Shown: positions 46,252 to 56,500 of the stretch, piece by piece | Layout: every line of letters starts with the position of its first letter | How positions within the stretch are numbered: the stretch's first letter is position 1 | NCBI GenBank assembly: GCA_964469155.1 | Contig: CAYXXU010000010.1 | Location: 306 to 64,305 of the forward strand | From: an uncultured Bacteroidales bacterium | Lineage (GTDB): Bacteria; Bacteroidota; Bacteroidia; Bacteroidales; CAIWKO01 | Length of the DNA stretch: 64,000 nt | Direction: 5' to 3' | The notes under the pieces: generated by a model | Databases searched by the model: none | What the model saw: the letters and a program-made list of their open reading frames with translations, nothing else | What the model was told of the DNA's origin: nothing | Position numbers and translations under genes: made by a program

Positions 46252-47190
46252 TTATTTCTTTACCAGCACGGTAACTTTGGCATCGAGGTCGGTTTCGTTT
46301 ATGAAAATGATAAATTTATTGTCGGGACCGGCTGCACTGCCTTTCAACTGTAGCCTAATTTTTGAAGCCAATTCGTTTGGCGGACTTTTCATTTCTGCAT
46401 CGGCAGTGGGTGCAAAGTAGAATTTCAGTGTTTTTGAGAATTTGCTGGTAACCACAATCATATCCTTGTCCGTAAAATCGAGTTCGAAAGCTTTGCTGGA
46501 TTGCTTCTGAATCTGAATGGTTTTGATATGAGTAACATAGTTGACGATGGTTTGGTCGAAATAATAAAGCATAGTAGTAGGGTTCTTATAGTTTTCGGCC
46601 AATATCACCAGCATATTGAGGTAAAGTTCATCGTACAATAACTTTACCTTGGTTTCAAAATCGGGTATGGCTTCCGATACATCGCCTTTCTTTTCTTTTT
46701 GCAGATCATATATTGCCTGGTAATCGTCGCGAATTTGGGTGAATTCGGCTTCCAGGCCTGCGCCCAAATCGGCTGCATACGTATGAGTGCCATTGATCAT
46801 ACGCTGCATCAGGAAAAATATGTTTTCCTGGGTTGCCTTGGAGTATTCAGAACGTCCGTAAGGATAAAACAACTGGTAAGTTCCCGAGGCCTTTTTGAAT
46901 TTGTATTCGACCAGGGGTTCCAGATCAAGTGATTTATCGACAAATTCTTTCATTTTGGCGTTTAGTTGCACTGTATAGTCCTGCCGCATCACCAGGTCGG
47001 CATCGTAGGTTTCGAGATTGCCAAAGATTTTTTCCCATACCTCTTTTGTGGCAAGCAGCCGGGGAGCATAAACGGGATTGTCGGCAGCTTTCATGCGCAT
47101 ATAATTGTCGTAGGCGACTTTCTGAATGCTGTCCTTTGAGGTGTTGATGGTGTAAAAAGGATTTTCGCTGTAAGGTTCTAATTTTTTCAT
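46252..47190 (-). CDS. hypothetical protein, no signal peptide, no recognised domain
   Basis: ORF 46252-47388. Its first 66 codons translate the 43-bp repeat array and the AT-rich leader, so I prefer MKKLEPYSENPFYTINTSKD (ATG 47190), giving 312 aa. The composition is protein-like, with a helical N-terminal two thirds and a beta-rich C-terminus. Confidence 0.6.
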   Translation of the reverse strand: MKKLEPYSENPFYTINTSKDSIQKVAYDNYMRMKAADNPVYAPRLLATKEVWEKIFGNLETYDADLVMRQDYTVQLNAKMKEFVDKSLDLEPLVEYKFKKASGTYQLFYPYGRSEYSKATQENIFFLMQRMINGTHTYAADLGAGLEAEFTQIRDDYQAIYDLQKEKKGDVSEAIPDFETKVKLLYDELYLNMLVILAENYKNPTTMLYYFDQTIVNYVTHIKTIQIQKQSSKAFELDFTDKDMIVVTSKFSKTLKFYFAPTADAEMKSPPNELASKIRLQLKGSAAGPDNKFIIFINETDLDAKVTVLVKK

Positions 47191-47270
47191 GATTTTAGTG
47201 TTTTTTTGATTAATAAAATTATTTTTCTTTATATGGTTACTATTTTTTTTTATTATTCGCTCGATGTGAA

Positions 47271-47453
47271 TCTGCAACTCCGAAAGTTTGCGATGACACC
47301 ACCCTGCAACAGAGTACTGCCTCCGAAAGTTTGCGACGACACCACCCTGCAACAGAGTACTGCCTCCGAAAGTTTGCGACGACACCACCCTGCAACAGAG
47401 TAATGCCTCCGAAAGTTTGCGATGACACCACCCTGCAACAGAGTACCGGCCTC
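47271..47453. repeat. 43-bp tandem repeat, 4 full copies plus partial ends
   Basis: The unit is CTCCGAAAGTTTGCGAYGACACCACCCTGCAACAGAGTAMTGC. It starts at 47278, 47321, 47364 and 47407, an exact spacing of 43, with 1-2 substitutions per copy. The array lies 80-260 nt upstream of the ATG at 47190. Confidence 0.9.
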
Positions 47454-47570
47454 CTCACGATTTTAAAGAACGCATTTCGGAACTTTTTTACTTTTCTCAG
47501 ATCAGGGTTTGTCTGTGCGTAATCCCGAAGGTACAAAAGTAGTTAATGCTATGCCTTAGGTATCAGTAGA

Positions 47571-47626
47571 ATTACGGAAAAAAAATAAGGGATTTTACGG
47601 ATTTTGAGGGGAGAGAAGACCGAAGA
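47571..47626. repeat. conserved intergenic block (copy B) with GGGATTTTACGGA core
   Basis: ATTACGGAAAAAAAATAAGGGATTTTACGGATTTTGAGGGGAGAGAAGACCGAAGA aligns with 45951-46006. Confidence 0.7.
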
Positions 47627-47802
47627 CGGAAGACCGAAGACTTAAGAGGGAACAAAGCCAGGGTGTGGCTCATGGCTCGTGGCTTGTGGCTTTGAAAAAT
47701 AGAGGGCATAATGAAAAGGAGAGGTCTGCTTGCCAACTGCTGATTTGCCGACTGAAGACTGCAGACTGAAGACTTCCGACTTCCGACTCCGGTCTTCCGA
47801 CC
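47615..47802. repeat. three phase-exact heptamer tracts filling the spacer downstream of the response-regulator gene
   Basis: Tract 1: GAAGACC GAAGACG GAAGACC GAAGACT (47615-47642). Tract 2: GGCTCAT GGCTCGT GGCTTGT GGCTTTG (47667-47694). Tract 3: GACTGAA GACTGCA GACTGAA GACTTCC GACTTCC GACTCCG GTCTTCC (47750-47798), which runs into the stop codon at 47803. Confidence 0.85.
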
Positions 47803-48465
47803 CTAATTCAGTTTGATCAGCCCGTTTCTCAGGGCATATTTCACCAGGTCGGCAATAGTTTTCAGTTCGAGTTTTTCCATAATACTGACCTTATGGCTTT
47901 CGACGGTGCGCGGACTGATAAATAGTTTTTTGCTTATCTGGTTATAGGTTAACCCATCGGCAAAGCCTTTCAACACCTCGGTCTCGCGGGGACTGAGGCT
48001 GTTGGCTGCCGATTGTTCTCGGCTATCGGCCGATGCAAGCATTTTTCTATGGCTTTTGAAAATGATACGCGATACCCTGTCGCCGTAATATTCCTCGCCT
48101 TCGGCAATGGTATGAATGGCTTCGAGAAACTCATCGGCCGAACATTCTTTTGTCAGATATCCCTTCACACCGCATTTCAGGGCGCAAAGCACCGTGCCTT
48201 CATCGCCTGCAGCCGAAAGCATCAGCACTTTGATATCGGGATATCTTTCTTTCACTTCCATGGCCATGATATTGCCGTCCATATCGGGCAGGTTGATGTC
48301 GAGTATCAAAATGTGAGGTTGCACGGTACGTAATTTCACGAGCATAGAGGCTGCATCGCCGGTTTCGGAAACTACTTCAATGCTGTTGTCGGCCATAAAC
48401 ATGGCCCTGATGCCATCTCTTACAATCTTATGGTCGTCGACCATCGCTACTTTTATCTTCTGCAT
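47803..48465 (-). CDS. NarL/FixJ (LuxR-type HTH) response regulator
   Basis: 220 aa. The receiver has VAMVDDH ... ILDINLPDMDG. The C-terminal LuxR HTH reads LSPRETEVLKGFADGLTYNQISKKLFISPRTVESHKVSIMEKL. The ATG is 12 nt after the kinase stop. Confidence 0.9.
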   Translation of the reverse strand: MQKIKVAMVDDHKIVRDGIRAMFMADNSIEVVSETGDAASMLVKLRTVQPHILILDINLPDMDGNIMAMEVKERYPDIKVLMLSAAGDEGTVLCALKCGVKGYLTKECSADEFLEAIHTIAEGEEYYGDRVSRIIFKSHRKMLASADSREQSAANSLSPRETEVLKGFADGLTYNQISKKLFISPRTVESHKVSIMEKLELKTIADLVKYALRNGLIKLN

Positions 48466-48477
48466 GTTCGATCCGAT

Positions 48478-50346
48478 TTACGAAAACAAAGGTACAAAAA
48501 CTGTAAATATCATTCCGCCATTATTGTTTCGGGCTGCTTCAATAGTTCCGCCATTGAGTGTAACCAGCTCTTTACAAAGAATCAGGCCCAGGCCGGCGCC
48601 TTTTTCGGTTTTATCTTTTCCCAGCTTGCTTACGTTTTCCTCAATACGGAACAGTTTGCTGATGTCTTCGTCGGTCATGCCGGGGCCTGAGTCGCTTACC
48701 GACAGGGTGCCCATCGTTAGGTTTTTACCGTAAGTAAGGCTGATAGGGCTGCCCTTGCCCGAGAATTTGATGGCATTGCTAAGCAGATTTCGAACAATGG
48801 TCTGCATCATCATTTGGTCGGCTCTGATACAGCAATTTTCGTTTTCGTGCAGGTTGACCTGAATGTTTTTTTCGAAAGCCTGGGCCTGCACTTCTGCCTG
48901 GGCTGTGGTGGCAATATCCTTCATAGAAAGCTCAACAGGTTCCGGATTCAGTCGGCCCGTTTGTCCCATGGCCCATTGCAGCAGGTTGTTTAGCAGACTG
49001 TGTATGCTGTTGGCCGAAAGATTCATTTCGCTGATATAATCTTTCAGTTGGTCTTTTTCCAGCCTGTCGAGATTGGCATTCAGCGCCGATGTGATCTTCC
49101 CGAACGACGATACGGGCGAGCGCAGATCGTGCGATATGATAGAGAAAAACTTATCTTTGGTGGCATTCAGTTGTTGCAGTTCGAGGTTTTGTTTGTTGAG
49201 CAAGGCAGCCGTACGGCGTTTTTCGAAGAACAACCAGAATGTCGCGCCCAGCAGAAGCAAAAACAATGAAGCTATGATGATAAATAGATTACGCTGATTG
49301 CTTGCCCTATCGGCACGCAGGTTTTGCAGTTCCACTTCAGCTTGTTTTTGGACGATCATCCTTTCCTTTTTCTCGGTGTCATATTTGGTCATGATCTCCT
49401 GAAAAGCCGCTGTTTTCTCCAGATTGAATACCGAATCATTAAAGTACTCGTACTGAAGGCGGTTTTCCCAGGCGTTTTTATAATCGCCTTTGGCCTGGTA
49501 GGTTTCGCTCAGATTCTTATAGCCCCGCCTGATTTGCGATAAGGCGCCTATTTCTTTCGAAGCTTCTATTCCTTTTTGGATGATGCTGATGGCCTGATCG
49601 TATTTTTTCTGAACCGTAAGCAGGCTGGCCAGGTTCAGACTCATAAAAGCATAAGCCTCCTTGTTGCCACATTCAGAGTATTTCTCCAGACCTTTATTGA
49701 TATAGTAAGTGGCGCTATCGAACTGATATCGTTTGTAAAAGAAACCGGCCAGGCTGTTATACACATCGGCAGCCCCATCGCAACTATGTTTCAGATTGAA
49801 AAGGAAAAGGGCCTTGCGATAATTTTCTTTCATTTCCGCTGGGCGGTCCAGATCATCGAGCACCATAGCCATATTATACCACGAATCAGCTATTGATACT
49901 GTGTCGGTGGTTTTCAGACGGTAATTCAGTCCTTCGGTAAAATATTTCAAAGCCGTTTCATTCTCCTTCATCCGGTAATAGTCAATCCCAATGCTGTTGT
50001 TTGCCGAGCCTGTGAGCGCAGCATTATGAAGGGTTTCCGCCAGGCGGAGCGATTGAATATCACATTCCAGAGCCGCAGCAAAATTGGCATTCAGCCTATA
50101 CAGGTCGGCCAGCTTCGAGTTCATTTTAAACAACAGGTAAGGTTCAGCCTGCATTTCGGTGGCAATTTTCACCGCTGATCGCTGTGCACCCAACGCCGAA
50201 TCGGCAGGTAGGGCATCTATATGCTCCGAAAGGCGTTTCAGTAAATCGGAGGCTTTTTTATAATCAGGGTTTTGGTTTAGGTTTTGTCCGGAAAGCCGGG
50301 CACAGAACAAGCATAATAAGCAAACAATAGCAAGATTTCGTTTCAT
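48478..50346 (-). CDS. TPR-repeat sensor histidine kinase
   Basis: 622 aa. A signal peptide (MKRNLAIVCLLCLFCARLSGQ) is followed by a ~330-aa TPR-like periplasmic region and one TM segment (LFIIIASLFLLLLGATFWLFF). Then come a coiled coil, HisKA (FFSIISHDLRSPVSS) and HATPase (GAGLGLILCKELVTLNGG). Confidence 0.88.
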   Translation of the reverse strand: MKRNLAIVCLLCLFCARLSGQNLNQNPDYKKASDLLKRLSEHIDALPADSALGAQRSAVKIATEMQAEPYLLFKMNSKLADLYRLNANFAAALECDIQSLRLAETLHNAALTGSANNSIGIDYYRMKENETALKYFTEGLNYRLKTTDTVSIADSWYNMAMVLDDLDRPAEMKENYRKALFLFNLKHSCDGAADVYNSLAGFFYKRYQFDSATYYINKGLEKYSECGNKEAYAFMSLNLASLLTVQKKYDQAISIIQKGIEASKEIGALSQIRRGYKNLSETYQAKGDYKNAWENRLQYEYFNDSVFNLEKTAAFQEIMTKYDTEKKERMIVQKQAEVELQNLRADRASNQRNLFIIIASLFLLLLGATFWLFFEKRRTAALLNKQNLELQQLNATKDKFFSIISHDLRSPVSSFGKITSALNANLDRLEKDQLKDYISEMNLSANSIHSLLNNLLQWAMGQTGRLNPEPVELSMKDIATTAQAEVQAQAFEKNIQVNLHENENCCIRADQMMMQTIVRNLLSNAIKFSGKGSPISLTYGKNLTMGTLSVSDSGPGMTDEDISKLFRIEENVSKLGKDKTEKGAGLGLILCKELVTLNGGTIEAARNNNGGMIFTVFVPLFS

Positions 50347-50499
50347 ATTATTGGAAAAACTAGTGTTAAAAATACAGTTTTTACATAATACTCATAATAA
50401 TTTTCTAAAAAAAAATTACATTTTTGAATCCTTATTTCGACAAAATTAATTTCCCTCTGATCACCGGGAGCAAAGCAGCAGCAAATACTGTATTGTTTT

Positions 50500-50540
50500 C
50501 CTATTAGTCTAATAGCCTAAAGTCTAATAGCCTACTATTC
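50500..50540. repeat. 15-nt word AGTCTAATAGCCTAA x2 just downstream of the giant gene stop
   Basis: CCTATTAGTCTAATAGCCTAAAGTCTAATAGCCTACTATTC ends 6 nt before the stop codon at 50547-50549. Confidence 0.7.
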
Positions 50541-50546
50541 TTATTA

Positions 50547-53500
50547 TTACGGCCTTATCACATACACCGGCGGAGGTGCCGAATTGTTATCAACCATCGA
50601 CATATCCGACCCATCCACAATACCATCACCGTTAACATCTTCAGGATAATACCCATGGAGAATAGGGGGTTGGCTTCCATTATCAATAACCGACATATCC
50701 GAACCATCCACTATGCCATCCTGTGTGGGGTCGCCTCCCCAAATGGCATAAACTGTACCCATCAACTTCTGATTATCACCATAAGCTTGCGAAGCTGCTA
50801 TGCTGAAATCGTAACTGAAAGGACCCTGACCACTGAAGTCGTAAGGGAATGCACTCCAGGTTTCAATACTATTGCGGTGTTTGATGGTGATATAGTAGGA
50901 ATTGGTGGTGTTAGCAGGTAGATTGCTGAGCAGCAGCGTGCCATCGGTATGCAGGTCAATATCATTCACCTCGTAAAATATCCCGTAAGGGTTGGTATTG
51001 AAATGCAACGCTACATCCACCTTATCGGCGATACCAGCAGCAAATTGCGGCCCTGCATCACCCTGGGCCTGATTCATCAAACTGCCTCCGGCATATAGAC
51101 CTTCCAGAAATAGCTTTAGGTTTAATGTTTTGCTGCCTGAACCGGTAACGGTCAGATTCAGTGTAAAGGAACTATCGCAGCCATGTTTCGAAATGTAATT
51201 TGCATAATAGGTTCCTGCGGTAGTATAGTCTATGCCTTGCCAGGTAAAGGTTTGTCCGGTGCTGATAGTATGATTTTCAGTAATGTCATAGGAAGGATAT
51301 ATCATGGCAGTAACTTCCAGCCTCGAAGTACTTTCGCATCCGCCTATGGTCTGGCTTGCATAATAAAGGGTTGAGGTGGACAAAACATAAGAGGGTTGAA
51401 GCAAATTACCTCCGGTGGAAGCATCGTACCATTTAATTTCATTTCCGGTGGCCTGCAGACCGGCAATAGTGGCTTCATCGCAAAACGATTGCAGAGGATC
51501 TCCTGCAGGAGCATTGGCCATATTTACAGTAATTTCTACACTGGCACAAATACCCGTCGCGGCGCATCCTCCTTCGCCTCTGGCGAAATAAGTTGTGGTG
51601 GCAGTTGGTGAAACCAATAATGAACTGCCTGTGCCAATTGGTGTTCCTCCACATGAACCTTCATACCAATACCAGGTTTCAGCACCATTCAGATATCCTG
51701 CAATGACTGATAGGCTTACTTCTGAACCCATACAAATTGAATTGGATGTGGCACTCAGGGTGGGAACATCAGGTTGGGAGCAACCGATTTCTCCCAGTTG
51801 AAATTCACCAAATGATGTTACACCAAGAATTTGTGTACTGTTGGATGTTTTGTTACCCATGGTCGGATAGGTCCAGTTCGAGGCACTGTATTTTCCGCAA
51901 ACCAGATTGGATGTATTTACTCCGTTATCCAGATCACTTGTCGGGAAGTTGAAAACAGCATCATAAGTTGTAAATACTGTTCCTGTATTGCTTAAAGTCC
52001 AGGTGCGGTTTACCGTTTTAAGGTTGTTTATTTGCGATGCGTACAACACCTGATGATCGCCCGCTTGGGTTGATGCCATGATGTCGCCCGAAGTACTGAT
52101 ATTGGCAAAAGTCAATGCAACAGGAGTGTACATGGACGCAAGAGAATCGCCGGTTTCAAAAGTTTTGGACAGATTGCTGCCCGTAGCCATCTTTTTCTGC
52201 AGATTGCCAAATACGTGCCCCGATGTTCGTGCAACACTGGCCCCTGTCAGAATCAAACTGATCTTATTCTGCCCGGTTTTGATCACACCTGCTGTAAGTG
52301 TCAGGATGTTTCGGATATTGATGCCGGCATAGCCACTCAATGTCAGGCCGGCGGTGTTGTTGAGTGTCATGTTATAGAAGGTAGAATTATTGGTGCCACT
52401 ATGGGTTTGAGGAGCTGTCCCGTTAAAGGTAATGGAAGAACCTGTAGCAATACTCCCGTTATTTATAAAGTTACCCCCTGTTAAGAGCATAGTACCAATC
52501 CATAGAGTCCCGGCATTGATGGTAACATCATTTTTTACTGTAAGGTTAGAAGTAATAATATAAGCGGTAGGAGTCCCTGTTTCATTTATCAGCAGATTGT
52601 AGATGGGGGCAGTGCTGTATATCCTGATGATGGGGCTTCCTGATGTAGCAGCATCACCAATTTGCAGGGTTCCACCTGTAACATTATTGGTGGTTGCAAG
52701 ATTTTTATAGTCCGATGTACTGCTCGATGCCTTGGGTATAACAATGCTGCCACCGCTCATGGTGAAAGAGGATGCCGCATTGAAATCGAAAGGCGCAATA
52801 GATGTATTTGTTGAACCGAATTTGCAAACCGTAAACACCCCTCCCGATTGGTTGTAGGTAGTATTGCCGCCCGAATAAAACCTGCCTGCCACATTCAGTG
52901 TTCCGCCTTCAATGGTAATTTTTGAGTTGTTGTTATACACCAGATTATGGTCCTGTGCAGTTCCGATATTGATACTTCCGGCCGACATCCTGAGGAGGCC
53001 ATTGATGGTCCAACTGAAAGCACCTGCGGTAACAGTGCCGCCATTGTTCCAAAATCCGGCAAGTGCTACAATATTAACTGCAGAAGTAAAGGGGGTAATA
53101 ACTGATGCACTGGATAATTTAAAGGTCCCGCTGGTCAAGGTCAAAGGATTGGCTGCATTGGTCAGACCAATTAAGGAGGTTACTTCGAGAATCCTGTCCT
53201 GTGCACCTTTGACGAGGGTCAGCTTATTGAAATTTGTGACCGCCGAGCCTTTTACTGTTTGCAGATTATTAGTGCCGTTAAAGGTAATAGTTCCAATACC
53301 TGCCACAAAAGTACCATGATTTGTCCAGTCGCCGGCCACTTCCAGCAGGCTGCCCACCGAAGCGCTCATGGTAAGTGTGGCCCCTTCAGCTATGGTAATG
53401 TTTCTGCATCTGATATTGGACGTGCTGCTGATCAACGGCATATTGCTGACTCCTGCTGGTATATATACATCGGTAGTAGCAACAGGAACTGTATTATTGC

Positions 53501-56500
53501 ACCAGTTGGTTGCTACATTCCATGCCGTGCTGGTTGCACCTGTCCATATTCCTGTACAACTGCTCACCTGAATATCATCAATGGCCCAATAATAACCATA
53601 GCTGCCCGAATAATTCCATTTGAATTTTACCTGCGACTGTCCTGCAGCCCCTGGCACCGAAAATGACGCAGGCGCCGGATTGGTGGTTGATGCACTGAAA
53701 GTGCTTATCAGGTTCCATGTGGCTCCGTTATTAATGCTGTAATATACACTGGCACTGCTGCCGGTAGCATGCCTGTAATAATGATTGAAGGTCAAACTTA
53801 CAAAGGAATTTGCTGATAAATTGATGGTAGGAGTGATCAGGTCGGCATTTTGGGAAAAACCTGATCCATAGTCAAAGCTATTCAAATAGGCATAATTTCC
53901 GTTCAGTAAAGGAAGGTTCCCATCCTGGAAGGCCCCGGATTTCCAAACCTGTCCGATACCTGACTGATCCAGTTGGGTCCAGCAGTCCGGAATGGACGAA
54001 CCGTCAAAACTCTCAGTGAATGGAGCAGTATAAATACTACACATGGTTTGGGCGCTAACCATGGTTCCGCTCGAGTAGTTCAAGGAACCATCCACCGACC
54101 ATATCTTGTAATGATAAACTACATTTGTTGTTAAGCCGGTATGATTAAAAGATGTTAAACTGCCTGAATAAAGCACTGTTCCTCCTCCGGAGATGGTGTT
54201 TCCTGCTGAATAGCTTGCTCCGTTAACAGGAATACCAAATGTTGGAGCGGCCGACCATACTACCATAACATCATTGTTGTTTGAATTTTGGGTCCAGGTC
54301 AGGTCTATCTGGCTTGTCCCTGTCGCCGATACAGTAATATCAGATGGGTCGATAACCGTATATTCGATCAGGTCGCTTTGCCACAAACCACGTCCATAGG
54401 TCGCTGCTTTAATGCGGTTATTTGAGGCATTCGAAGGGTCGTAATAAATTTCAAGCTCCCTGATATCCACAGGGGGAAGTCCTTGCGAATAAAGCACCCA
54501 GTTTGGCATATTGGCATCTTTAAACCAGACCCCGGTCTGGTTTCCTATATAAAGCCCTTCATCACTGTTTTTATCATAGACCACACAATTGATAAAAAGG
54601 GGAGGCAGGTTACCGCTGATATCGGTCCAGGAGATACCCTTATCCGATGATTTGAAAACCTTATAACCGGCAGTAGCAAAGACAATATTCGCGTCATTGG
54701 GATGTGCCTCCATATCCGTGGGAGTAAGACCCAGAGGAAGTGCACATTGGGTCCAGCTAACACTGCCGGCGCTTGCATTTACATTGTCCGACCTGATAAT
54801 AGCACCATTTCTGACACCATACATCACATCCACATTGGCCGGCGATTGTTCTAGAACCCTTACCACATCTCCGGAAGGTGATATTTCTTCCCACGTTATC
54901 TGTGAAACAGCTGATTTAACATTCAAACACCGCTGAATACTCTGATAACCCAAAAACATAGTGTTCGGATTGGTTTCATGAAGTGTGTAAGGCGTCACCC
55001 AGGCATTATTGACCCAGACGGCCCCTCCGGTGATATAATTATAGGTGCTGCCCGTTGAACGGTAAATAGCTCCTGACTGATTGCTTACATAGCGGTAGTT
55101 GGCATCTGTGGGATCAATAAGGCATTCCATGCCGTCTCCGCCAATAACAGTAGTAAGATTGCCGTTGTCAGCAAAAGCGCTTCCATTGTCCTGTTCGCCA
55201 AGCATAACATAGCCTGCATGGGTCTTGCTCTGCCCGATCTTATAAACCTGGGCAATGGCCAATCCTGAGGATATCTCACTCCATGATGAACCTGAGTTGC
55301 CTGTCCAATGCACACCACCATCGTTTCCGGTAAAAAGCCTGGCTGTATGAGGCGACCATTCCAGACAATGGTGGTCAGCGTGAACTGAGGCAGCTCCGCA
55401 AGTGCTGTATGAACTTCCTTCCCAATGGGCAACTATCGAAAAACTTAAGCCTCCGTCAGTGGTTTTCCAGATATTGATACCTCCTATGTAAATGGTGTTT
55501 ACATCGGTTGGATCAATAGCCATGCACATATCGTAGACTGCCTGGCTCGATGCATCGGTACCGTCGCACATATATCCCATAAGATTTTTATAGCTTGATT
55601 GGGTGATATTCGTAAAATGTAAGCCATTGTCAGTTGACGTTCCTAAAGAGGAAAACGATTGATAAGGACCTGTTTTCAGCAGTACAACAAGAGAGGGATT
55701 TGCCGCGGATACGCCTATTACCATGCGGGGTCCCAGGCTGTTTCCTTCGCTGATATTGGTCCAGAGTTCACCACCATCAGCGGAACGGTAGAACTTTGAA
55801 CCATTGGAGGAGAATAATGCGGCATAAACTATGGATGGATCGCCGGGCTTATATTTTATATCCCTGAAATCACCCGCTTGTTTCAGACTCCAGCTACTGC
55901 CTCCGTTGATGGTTTTATATACACCTGTCTTTGTGGCTGCCAGAATGATATTGGGATCGGTGGGATGCATTAACATGGCTCCCACGGTAACATCTCCCAT
56001 AGTGCTATTGATCTGGCTCCAGCTGGCACCGCCATCAATCGATTTGAATACTCCCATTCCCGGTGCATCCCCTGCATCGCGATCGCCCGAGCCAATATAT
56101 ATAATGTCGGGATTGGTAGGATGAATCAAAATGGATGAAACACCCAGCTTAGGAAGGTCGTTCGACAGGTTGATCCAGGTGAGTCCGGCATCAGTGGTTT
56201 TCCAAAATCCCCCCGAAGGCGAACCCACATAAATTGTATTGGCATCGGTGGGATGAAATGCCAGGGCATTTACACGTCCCATACCGGTGGGTTGCACGGT
56301 AGCGTTGGCAGGATAGGAGTCCGGACCAACCAGGGTCCAGGTGCCCGTAGCCGATTTGTTGGGCAGTTGGGTTTGCATGTATTTGTTGTATTCGTTGCTG
56401 ACATACCCGGGTGCCTGCAATTTGCCATTGGGAAGTACTCGCGATTCGTTGATATATTCCCAACGTTTAAACACTTTATAGCCATTCCCCTTATAATTGC

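Noticed and set aside
47240-47536. ORFs 47240-47536, 47253-47438, 47331-47522 and the 66-codon N-terminal extension of ORF 46252-47388
   Set aside because: All are frames through the 43-bp x4 repeat and give periodic peptides (VVSSQTFGG.TLLQGG). The real gene most likely starts at 47190.
47612-47798. Imperfect inverted repeat (ACGGAAGACCGAAGAC versus its complement in GACTCCGGTCTTCCGA) flanking ~170 bp, considered as an invertible promoter switch
   Set aside because: Both arms are part of low-complexity heptamer stutter. The match is short and has mismatches. No recombinase gene is nearby, and no TAnnTTTG box lies inside the segment.
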